From: Bacteroidales bacterium
Lineage (GTDB): Bacteria > Bacteroidota > Bacteroidia > Bacteroidales > WCHB1-69
Reading direction: 5' to 3'
Length of the DNA stretch: 34,390 nucleotides
Assembly (NCBI GenBank): GCA_012519525.1
Contig: JAAYQB010000006.1
Span: 1-34,390, forward strand
Positions 18,269-26,122 of this stretch are shown here, one piece after another; position 1 is the first letter of the stretch, and every line of letters begins with the position of its first letter. Below the pieces are notes generated by a model. It had not been told where the DNA came from. It searched no databases and saw nothing but the letters and a program-made list of their open reading frames with translations. The position numbers were made by a program, and so were the translations under genes.

Positions 18269-19519
18269 TTACTCTAATTCGTGAATAACTAAACCTGAGC
18301 GTAACTTAGGTTCAAACCACGTTGTTTTTGGCGGCATAATATTGCCCGTATCAGCAATATTAATAAGTTGTTGCATAGAAACGGGATACAATGCAAAAGC
18401 TACTGCCATCTCACCACTATCAACACGACGTTTCAACTCGCCTAAACCTCGTATTCCGCCAACAAAATCAATACGATTCGATGTTCTTAAATCTTTAATA
18501 CCTAATATTTTATCTAAAACCAAATTCGATAAAATAGTAACATCTAACACACCAATAGGGTCGCTATCATCGTAAGTAGACGGCTTGGCTGTTAAACGAT
18601 ACCATTTTCCATCGATATACATACTAAATTCATGTAATTGAGCCGGTTTATAAATGTCTTTTCCCATTTCCTCTACTTTAAAAGTAGCTTTTAGTTTTTC
18701 GATAAACTCTTCTTTCGATAAACCGTTCAAATCTTTTACCACTCGATTATAATCTATGATTTTCAATTGATTATCAGGGAAAATAACCGTCATAAAGTAA
18801 TTATATTCTTCTTTTCCCGTGTGGTTTTTATTTTTCGCTTTTTGTTCTCCTCCTACCAATGCTGCCGCTGCCGTACGATGATGACCGTCGGCTACATATA
18901 AATAAGGAATTTCTTTATCAAAAATATCAACAATACGTTGTATGATTGCTTTGTCTTTTATCACCCATAGGGTATGTCCGAAACCTTCGTCGGCAATAAA
19001 ATCATATTCCGGCTCTTGCGTGGCAACGATATTCGACACTATCTCATCTATCTTTTTATTAGCCGGATAGGTGAAAAACACAGGTTCAACATTCGCATTG
19101 GTATTGCGAATATGTATCATGCGGTCTTCTTCTTTTGCTTTGAGTGTCAATTCGTGCTTTTTAATCTTTTCGCTAAGATAATCATCTCGATGAGAACAAG
19201 TTAATATTCCATACTGTGTTCTTCCATCCATAGTTTGGGCATAGATGTAGAGGTATTCATCTTCGTCTTGAATCAACCATTTATTATCTTTAAACTTTTT
19301 ATAATTTTCCGTTACTTTATCATAGACTTCTTGACTATGCTCATCGGTACCTACAGGAAGGTCTATTTCCGCTTTTGTAATATGTAACAAAGAATAAGGA
19401 TTATTAGCTGCTTCTGCACGTGCTTCTTCCGAATTCAATACGTCATAAGGACGGGATGCTAATTGCTTAACGATTTCTTTAGGTGGACGTAAGCCTTTAA
19501 ATGGTTTTATGATTGCCAT
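18269..19519 (-). CDS. DUF1015 family protein
   Basis: MAIIKPFKGLRP, SRPYDV, IKKHELT, YVADGHHRTAAA, IMPPKTTWFEPKLRSGL. Confidence 0.92.
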   Translation of the reverse strand: MAIIKPFKGLRPPKEIVKQLASRPYDVLNSEEARAEAANNPYSLLHITKAEIDLPVGTDEHSQEVYDKVTENYKKFKDNKWLIQDEDEYLYIYAQTMDGRTQYGILTCSHRDDYLSEKIKKHELTLKAKEEDRMIHIRNTNANVEPVFFTYPANKKIDEIVSNIVATQEPEYDFIADEGFGHTLWVIKDKAIIQRIVDIFDKEIPYLYVADGHHRTAAAALVGGEQKAKNKNHTGKEEYNYFMTVIFPDNQLKIIDYNRVVKDLNGLSKEEFIEKLKATFKVEEMGKDIYKPAQLHEFSMYIDGKWYRLTAKPSTYDDSDPIGVLDVTILSNLVLDKILGIKDLRTSNRIDFVGGIRGLGELKRRVDSGEMAVAFALYPVSMQQLINIADTGNIMPPKTTWFEPKLRSGLVIHELE

Positions 19520-19585
19520 ATTTCTTAATTTATTTTTATTATTTAATTGATTTTCAATAGTAGAAACTTATTGTTTCATCCGTTG

Positions 19586-19593
19586 CAAAAATA
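19586..19593 (-). promoter_or_regulatory. -7 box TATTTTTG for the DUF1015 gene
   Basis: caaaaata on +, about 65 nt upstream of the ATG. Confidence 0.6.
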
Positions 19594-19662
19594 CAAAATT
19601 ATTCAATGATAATAAACAGTATTTGAAAAATATTTAAGCATTTATATTTTATTACCTACAGC

Positions 19663-19687
19663 AACAAATAAATGTATATTTTTGCAA
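19663..19687 (+). repeat. 25-bp direct repeat copy 1 (AACAAATAAATGTATATTTTTGCAA) containing a -7 promoter box
   Basis: Identical to 20292-20316 and 20942-20966; contains TATTTTTG. Confidence 0.9.
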
Positions 19688-19738
19688 AAAACATGAAATT
19701 AACATGATTAACTAAACCACATTAAAATTCAAAATAAT

Positions 19739-20200
19739 ATGAAAAAATATCTTATAGCTTTTGTTTTAATTTCTACTTTTTATTCTTTTTGTTTTTCACA
19801 AGAGTTTGATCTAGAGGTAGAGTCTGATTATCGAGAATTTCGTTGTGGATGTAAAAAAGGGATTGATACATTTAATATAGTTATTTATGATACAAATATT
19901 CTAAACGAATATATAGGATTTGCTTTGATAGAATTCACTTTAAATAGTATTGCAGCAGATTCTATTGAACTAATTGATGTAAAAATTGTAGGAATTCAAT
20001 TACAAGATATCAATACAAAAGAAATAATTATGACTCTGAAAGACAATAAAGATAGTCTATTTAAGTTGTATGAAAACAAACTTCTTTTAATTTTGAAAGG
20101 ATATAAATGTTGGTTCATTAAAAATGATATTGATAAAACATTTTGTCATAGAGTTTTAGCTTTTTATCCATTAAATGTTAGCAATTCCCCACATAAATAA
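19739..20200 (+). CDS. Hypothetical exported protein (153 aa)
   Basis: Signal peptide MKKYLIAFVLISTFYSFCFS/Q, very AT-rich codons, preceded by the promoter repeat; no family recognised. Confidence 0.75.
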   Translation: MKKYLIAFVLISTFYSFCFSQEFDLEVESDYREFRCGCKKGIDTFNIVIYDTNILNEYIGFALIEFTLNSIAADSIELIDVKIVGIQLQDINTKEIIMTLKDNKDSLFKLYENKLLLILKGYKCWFIKNDIDKTFCHRVLAFYPLNVSNSPHK

Positions 20201-20291
20201 TGTTCCATTTGATACTTTTTTGTTGTTGTTTTTAGAAAACAGAAAGAAAAAAAAACTTCGGTCAAAATACTTTTATTTTTTTATCTACTGA

Positions 20292-20316
20292 AACAAATAA
20301 ATGTATATTTTTGCAA
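20292..20316 (+). repeat. 25-bp direct repeat copy 2 containing a -7 promoter box
   Basis: Identical to copies 1 and 3. Similarity to copy 1 extends ~15 nt upstream (ttat.tt...ctac.g). Confidence 0.9.
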
Positions 20317-20405
20317 CATTAAAAAATAAAAATATTAACAAATAAAAAAAACTGTCCTACTATAGGGGGACACTTTACAATTATTGCAACAACAAAATAA
20401 CACAA

Positions 20406-20981
20406 ATGAAAAGAAGTCAAATTAACTATTTTGTTTTTTATATCCTATTTTTATTAATAGGAATGCCGTATGGTTGTAAATTTAAAAATATTGGGAAGAT
20501 GAATTCAAATAAAAATTCTCTTTGTTATTATTTTGGAGATGAATACGTAATTTCAGGAACACTTTTAGTGCGAGATTTATATGGAGCACCAAATTATGGA
20601 GAGACACCTGACGTTGATAAACTTGAAAAATTTTATTTTATAATCATAGATACAGCTATAAATATATTTGTCAAGGATACTATTAATTCTTACAATTTAA
20701 AAAATAAATATTCTCAATCATGTTTTCAAATTTTAGGATATGATTCAATTATCAATGGTAAATTTTGTAGTTATTATTCACTTTATTTAATGAAATTACA
20801 ATCTGGATCAAAAATTTGTCTAAAAGGGTATTTTGATAGTGCAATAACTGGACATCATCATACGGATGTATTATTTATTGTAGAAAAAAATCCCCCGATA
20901 GATAACCCCTCTTCAGTTGCAAATAAAAAAAGAAGAAAGAAAACAAATAAATGTATATTTTTGCAAAACGAAATAATATAA
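20406..20981 (+). CDS. DUF4431-like protein, probable lipoprotein
   Basis: Hydrophobic N-terminus ending PYGC. Motifs ISGTL...YGAPNYGETPDVD and KGYFDSAITGHHHTDVLF are recognised as DUF4431-like. The last ~28 codons look like read-through over the third repeat. Confidence 0.7.
   Translation: MKRSQINYFVFYILFLLIGMPYGCKFKNIGKMNSNKNSLCYYFGDEYVISGTLLVRDLYGAPNYGETPDVDKLEKFYFIIIDTAINIFVKDTINSYNLKNKYSQSCFQILGYDSIINGKFCSYYSLYLMKLQSGSKICLKGYFDSAITGHHHTDVLFIVEKNPPIDNPSSVANKKRRKKTNKCIFLQNEII
20942..20966 (+). repeat. 25-bp direct repeat copy 3 containing a -7 promoter box
   Basis: Identical to copies 1 and 2; followed only by an 11-codon ORF (MHLTYNAIKSQ, ATG at 20987). Confidence 0.9.
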
Positions 20982-21063
20982 AAAAAATGCACTTAACCTA
21001 TAACGCAATAAAATCGCAATAAGCTGTAAAACAAAGGAAAGCTGAAAGAAGTTACTTCCTTAC

Positions 21064-21112
21064 GTCCATTCGTAATTTTTAATTGTCAATTCGTAATTTG
21101 TAATTCTAAATT
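21064..21112. repeat. Degenerate 7-bp tandem array (NNNAATT x7)
   Basis: gtccatt cgtaatt tttaatt gtcaatt cgtaatt tgtaatt ctaaatt. Confidence 0.8.
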
Positions 21113-21125
21113 CTACCTTTTTAAC

Positions 21126-21143
21126 CGCAAAGAACGCAAAGAA
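21126..21143. repeat. 9-bp direct repeat CGCAAAGAA x2
   Basis: ttaac-cgcaaagaa-cgcaaagaa-tt. Confidence 0.6.
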
Positions 21144-21216
21144 TTCCGTTTGAAATTTTTCCACTAACTATTAATGCTAATGTATAACATGTGTCAACTT
21201 TTTTCAGGACGCGACA

Positions 21217-21251
21217 CTAAATTCTAATTTCTAAATTCTAATTTCTAATTT
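21217..21251. repeat. 7-bp tandem array CTAA(A/T)TT x5
   Basis: ctaaatt ctaattt ctaaatt ctaattt ctaattt. Confidence 0.8.
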
Positions 21252-21271
21252 TTTTAGGACATATCAAACAA

Positions 21272-23368
21272 CTATATTTTCACTATCATTTGTAAGTGTA
21301 TATCCGATTTATTATTTCCATTAATGGCATCTAAAGCGGTTCCTATCGTATGTTTGTTTTTATAAAAACTTTGAGCTACTCTCAGCCATAGGTCTATATA
21401 AGAAGTGATTTCTACTTTCATCATCGCATAAAGTCGGCTTCCTATGCCGTAATAAGCAGGAATAGAGGAAGTATACAGCACATCGTTTTCGTAAGCATAC
21501 AAACGCGTATCGTAAGAATCGGTATGAAACAAAGCGTAGCGTCCTGTCAATGTTAGCCATTTGTATTGCCAAGCAATATCTTGATAGATTAAATAACCCT
21601 TCGATTTTTCCTTGTTTTTTTCCGTCTTACACACCACATATTCTAAGCAGCTTTTTAATTGTAAATTGGAAAGAGGTTTATAGATAGCATTGAAACGATA
21701 ATTTTGTTTTTTTACCGCTGTCAATTGATTGTAATATTCCATGGATTCATTGGTGTTTTTATCGGAATGTTTGAACTGAAAATAGCAAGAAAATTTTCTG
21801 TTTACATTACATATCAGCCTTGCCAACACTTTATAAGAACTTGAGGGTGCGTCGCTTGTGTATTTCAGCCACATAAAACGATAATAGTCTATATTGGCAT
21901 TAAGGATTAAGTATTTATTTAAAAACACCTGCGTTCCTATTACTAATCCGTTTTCATTGCCGATATTGGTTGCCTGCCGATAGGCATTGCCTTGTATAGC
22001 CTGATAATCTTTACTGTAATAGCGATGTAAAAGCGTAAAATTCAGTAAAGGGTCTGCATAATAAATCAATCCGTTTAAAAGAGCAAAACCCCCGTAATGT
22101 GTTACTGCATTTTCGCCAAAAACACTTACTTTTTTAATGATTGCATTATAGCTAACACTTGCATTCAACACATCTTGTTGATTGATTTTATAGAAGTTAT
22201 AAGGTTTCGGCTCTACATAAAACGGACGATTGTAATGCGAATAAAACACCCCCGCTCCTACTCTTACCACACGATGGGTGTAATGAGCAAACATTCCCGC
22301 TACTTGTTGGTCAACATTGTTTTTTCTTTCTATTTCCGTCGTAGTGCGATGATAGCCTGTTTCTTGTAAAGAATAAATAAACTCTTGCTCGCTGTTTTCC
22401 ACTTTATTCACATTCGCATCTTTTTGACGATAGGAATAAAATAACGCCAAGCGAAACTTTCTAAATTGCAGTTCCGTAGCAGCACCACGCAAAAAATTAT
22501 TTTCATTGGAAGAAGTATAAGGTGCAACAGCTTTTGCATAACGATAAATTTCCATAGGATTAATGATAGTCGGCGGTTGAAAACCTGTCCACATTGCCAA
22601 TCCTTGTCCAAAACGAATTTGATAATCACCTACAGCTAACGATTTTATACATTTAATGTCTTTCATAAAAAAATGAAAAGAATAAAAATCGAAACCGTAT
22701 CTGTTACTTCCTTTAAAAAACTCTTCTCCCGCATCTTTTTCGGCAGTAAAGCCAAAACGCACTTTAGATGCATAATCAAATTTATACTTAAACAATAAGT
22801 AAGGCTGACTTCCTCTATAAACGGCATTGGGTTTTAATTCCAATAAAGAATCGGATAAGGTAGTGTAACCGACTTGCTTATTCAATACTTGACGGTAACG
22901 CATTAAACAAGTGTTTTTTCCATATTTAAAGACCTTTTTAAAGGTCATTTTTCGACTTTGGTCAACGGGTAACAATACGATATAAGGCAAGAGCATACGA
23001 ACCGTTTCCATCGTAAAACCCTCAACAGCTGCCAATTCGTATAAACTAACCATAGCTCCGTTGACATCTAAATACATTTTAAGATGGTATATTTGATAAT
23101 CCGTTAACTTAAATACCGCCATTAAAACATCGTAATCAGGCTGGTTGATATTGATTTTATTTTCACGATAATAAGCGTATTCTTCTATTATTTCACTATA
23201 ATCTTGCTCTTCTTCCGCTTCTTCGGCTAAATTTTCGAGTTGCAACATAAAATCATCTTCTTGTATCAACTCCTTCTCTTTAAAAACAATCGTATCAATT
23301 TGAGCTAACAAAAAAATACTTTTTTGACAAAGCAAAAACAAACAAGCTATCAATAAGTATTTACGCAT
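21272..23368 (-). CDS. Helix-hairpin-helix (ComEA-like) domain outer-membrane protein
   Basis: Signal peptide ...LLA/Q; HhH-like segment KININQ...GAMVSLYELAAVEGF; then a beta-strand-rich region with GFTAEKDAGE, DFYSF, GDYQIRFGQGL and YDTRLYAYENDVLY; barrel-like C-terminus HLQMIVKI. Confidence 0.8.
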   Translation of the reverse strand: MRKYLLIACLFLLCQKSIFLLAQIDTIVFKEKELIQEDDFMLQLENLAEEAEEEQDYSEIIEEYAYYRENKININQPDYDVLMAVFKLTDYQIYHLKMYLDVNGAMVSLYELAAVEGFTMETVRMLLPYIVLLPVDQSRKMTFKKVFKYGKNTCLMRYRQVLNKQVGYTTLSDSLLELKPNAVYRGSQPYLLFKYKFDYASKVRFGFTAEKDAGEEFFKGSNRYGFDFYSFHFFMKDIKCIKSLAVGDYQIRFGQGLAMWTGFQPPTIINPMEIYRYAKAVAPYTSSNENNFLRGAATELQFRKFRLALFYSYRQKDANVNKVENSEQEFIYSLQETGYHRTTTEIERKNNVDQQVAGMFAHYTHRVVRVGAGVFYSHYNRPFYVEPKPYNFYKINQQDVLNASVSYNAIIKKVSVFGENAVTHYGGFALLNGLIYYADPLLNFTLLHRYYSKDYQAIQGNAYRQATNIGNENGLVIGTQVFLNKYLILNANIDYYRFMWLKYTSDAPSSSYKVLARLICNVNRKFSCYFQFKHSDKNTNESMEYYNQLTAVKKQNYRFNAIYKPLSNLQLKSCLEYVVCKTEKNKEKSKGYLIYQDIAWQYKWLTLTGRYALFHTDSYDTRLYAYENDVLYTSSIPAYYGIGSRLYAMMKVEITSYIDLWLRVAQSFYKNKHTIGTALDAINGNNKSDIHLQMIVKI

Positions 23369-23369
23369 A

Positions 23370-24224
23370 TTATTTTGTTTGTTTTATGTTATATATCAAT
23401 GATATTCGAGGGCTATATCCCAAAACAAAATGATAACTGAAAGCAAAATCAACCATAAGATAGTTCGTTTTCCAGCCTGCTCCAAGGCTACATTCAAAAT
23501 AAGGGAAACCGCAACCTGTCCGTATCTGTAATTGCTCTAAAATACTATATTCCAATCCGACACGATACACGAATTTTTTATCCAAATCTTTTTCTATTTC
23601 GGCTGCCAATATACATTTTTTCGATAAATCGTACGACAAGCCTAAACGTAAAATAGTAGGAATATACTCTTTGGTATCGTTGTAGGTACACATTTTTAAG
23701 CGAGCCGGATTAAAAGCATGGAATCCCATTCCCAAGCGTTGGCTTATTTGTCCGTAAACTCCTATATCGAAGGTAAATCCATGACAATTACCATAGGTTT
23801 TTTCAGAAAAATAATTCATTAAATAATGAAAACCTAATCCGAAAGAAATAATATTTCCAAACGATTTGGCGTAAGAAAAGCCCGTGTGTAATTCGCCGTA
23901 ATTGACATGTCCGAAATGCGACAACTGCAAGCCAAAAGCCCCCACTTTCTCTACGGGCAAGACAAAACCCAAGCTCGAAGTAGAAGTTTCTTTCAATAAA
24001 AAGCGATTATCGTAATGCAAGCCGACACTTATTTCGTCGCCAAATGCCATTATGGCAGGATTGTTAAACAATGCACTTTTATCTTTTAAAGCCACCGAAA
24101 CACCTCCCATCGCAGCAGTTCGCGCTCCTTTAACCGAAAAATAATTAATAGCATTTAATGATAACACATTGTATACTAAAGCTAAAACTATTAGTATATA
24201 CCTTATTTTTCTATCTGTGTGCAT
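23370..24224 (-). CDS. PorV/FadL-like outer-membrane beta-barrel protein
   Basis: GARTAAMGGVSVAL...ALFNNPAIM N-terminal motif with alternating aromatic/Gly strands. It ends 1 nt before the HhH gene start, so the two form an operon. Confidence 0.7.
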   Translation of the reverse strand: MHTDRKIRYILIVLALVYNVLSLNAINYFSVKGARTAAMGGVSVALKDKSALFNNPAIMAFGDEISVGLHYDNRFLLKETSTSSLGFVLPVEKVGAFGLQLSHFGHVNYGELHTGFSYAKSFGNIISFGLGFHYLMNYFSEKTYGNCHGFTFDIGVYGQISQRLGMGFHAFNPARLKMCTYNDTKEYIPTILRLGLSYDLSKKCILAAEIEKDLDKKFVYRVGLEYSILEQLQIRTGCGFPYFECSLGAGWKTNYLMVDFAFSYHFVLGYSPRISLIYNIKQTK

Positions 24225-24248
24225 AGCTTTTTAATTAATTTCCAAAGA

Positions 24249-24256
24249 CAAAAATA
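24249..24256 (-). promoter_or_regulatory. -7 box TATTTTTG for the barrel/HhH operon
   Basis: caaaaata on +, about 25 nt upstream of the ATG at 24224. Confidence 0.5.
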
Positions 24257-24443
24257 ACAAAAAAAACAATAAGTCATAAAATAATCCTGTTTATTTTTCG
24301 TTAAATTTGTAATTATGTTAAATATAAATCGTTTACGCAATTATACACAGAAATAATTTGATTTTTCCCTTTTATTTTAAGTTTGGAAAGATTTTTGATA
24401 CATATAGACAGCGATAAAATATAACAAAAAGAGAGAAGACACC

Positions 24444-24956
24444 ATGAGCGAATATAAATTTCAACAAGACATCATAGCCTTAGAAAGCGCTTTACGCAAC
24501 TTTGCTTTTTCATTAACTCTTAATCAAGACGATGCCGATGATTTATTGCAAGACACTTTCTTAAAGGCTCTTTTATATAAAGATAAATTTGAAGACGACA
24601 CTAATTTAAAAGCATGGTTATACACCATTATGCGTAATACCTTCATCAACAATTACAGACGTAAAACGAAGTCGAATTCTCTGATTCAACAAACGGAAGA
24701 TATGAATTATTTACGCAATATGATTTCTAATCGTTCCGACAATGCAGATATGAAAACTTCGGTAAAAGAAATCACTGAAAACATCAGCAAAATAGAAGAA
24801 AATCAACGTATTCCATTTGAAATGTTTATCGACGGCTATAAGTACAAAGAAATTTCATCTCAAATGGACATATCCATAGGCACCGTAAAAAGTCGCATTT
24901 TCTTTACGCGTAAAAAACTGATGAATTCATTAAAAGATTACGTCCACAGCAACTAA
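24444..24956 (+). CDS. ECF-type RNA polymerase sigma-70 factor
   Basis: Region 2 DADDLLQDTFLKAL...NLKAWLYTIMRNTFINNYRR; region 4 GYKYKEISSQMDISIGTVKSRIFFTRKKL. Confidence 0.93.
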   Translation: MSEYKFQQDIIALESALRNFAFSLTLNQDDADDLLQDTFLKALLYKDKFEDDTNLKAWLYTIMRNTFINNYRRKTKSNSLIQQTEDMNYLRNMISNRSDNADMKTSVKEITENISKIEENQRIPFEMFIDGYKYKEISSQMDISIGTVKSRIFFTRKKLMNSLKDYVHSN

Positions 24957-24966
24957 ACAATATCGT

Positions 24967-26121
24967 ATGAACAAAAATTATCTTTTAATTATCCTACTTT
25001 TTGTCTATTGTGTAGGTTTTTCACAGTATAAAGTAATCAATGTAAAAGAACCTTTAGAGAAATATCCCAAAGAAGCGGGATTTTTCTACTCTTTACCCAA
25101 AAATTTTATTACCCTACACATTACCGTAAAAAAAATCAATAAATACAAAGGACCTTTCAGCGACTATGCTGAAAATATGCTGGGTGTTAACGGCATTCAA
25201 GAAAATCAAAATTTCTATACAATCAGCAATATTGACGTCGTATTGGGCTATCAAGCTGACGTATCGGAAACATACTATGTCAATTACCCGAAAAAAACAA
25301 AAGACCCTCTGTATTACCAATTCATTAAAAACGGATTACTTCTAAACAATACGGCTAACTCCACACAACAAGAGCTTTCCTGTTTACAAATAGATTTCGG
25401 CACTCCCAATACCAAAGAGCAAAGCATGTTCGATATGTATGCTAACTATGGAATGTACGAAAAAATTGATACGATTTACGAATCTCAACTTATTGATTCT
25501 ATTTATGTGCAAGTACCTATCATACGTAGAACAATGGCGGTAAAAACAACAGAAGAAAAGGCGAATGAGACCTTGGAAGAAATAAAAAACATACGTGAAG
25601 CACAGCGTTTACTGCTAACAGGCGAACATGAGGTTGACTACAGCAAATTAGAATACATGATTGCTTGCTTGAAAGAACAAGAAGAATCCTATCTTTCGTT
25701 GTTTACCGGCTTTACGCTTAGCGAAGATATCCGATACACTTATTATTATCCTCTTCCTGAAAAGTCGGATACTGTCCACCTCCCCTTGTTTTCGTTTACA
25801 ATCAACAACGGAATTGATAAAACACTACAAAATGAAGCCGACATATACTCATTGCAACTTATTAACACTCACACCACAGACCCTATACAAACATTCAAAG
25901 AGAATGTTGGCAAGCAGCACCCAAAACAGTCGGAAACCGGCTTCCGTTATCGCATTCCTGAAATATATACCTTTAATCTGTTACGCAATAATATAACAGT
26001 AAATACCATAGGCGAACTTCCCATCAACCAATACGGCATTATCAACACACTGCCTCAAAATGTTATTTCGTTTGAAATCGACCCTCATACAGGTAATGTT
26101 TTGAATACGAAATTCAAATAA
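24967..26121 (+). CDS. DUF4831-like exported protein
   Basis: Signal peptide ...VGFS/Q; FYSLPK...GPFSDYAENMLG, KTTEEKA, YLSLFTG, GFRYRIP and INQYG motifs. Confidence 0.7.
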   Translation: MNKNYLLIILLFVYCVGFSQYKVINVKEPLEKYPKEAGFFYSLPKNFITLHITVKKINKYKGPFSDYAENMLGVNGIQENQNFYTISNIDVVLGYQADVSETYYVNYPKKTKDPLYYQFIKNGLLLNNTANSTQQELSCLQIDFGTPNTKEQSMFDMYANYGMYEKIDTIYESQLIDSIYVQVPIIRRTMAVKTTEEKANETLEEIKNIREAQRLLLTGEHEVDYSKLEYMIACLKEQEESYLSLFTGFTLSEDIRYTYYYPLPEKSDTVHLPLFSFTINNGIDKTLQNEADIYSLQLINTHTTDPIQTFKENVGKQHPKQSETGFRYRIPEIYTFNLLRNNITVNTIGELPINQYGIINTLPQNVISFEIDPHTGNVLNTKFK

Positions 26122-26122
26122 A

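Noticed and set aside
19663-20966. 25-bp repeats as CRISPR repeats
   Set aside because: Spacing is ~630-650 bp with whole genes in between, and there are no cas genes.
24296-24323. dif-like site (TTATGTTAAAT XerD arm at 24313-24323)
   Set aside because: The left arm TTTCGTTAAAT lacks the ...ATAA XerC pattern, so it is not a convincing 28-bp dif.
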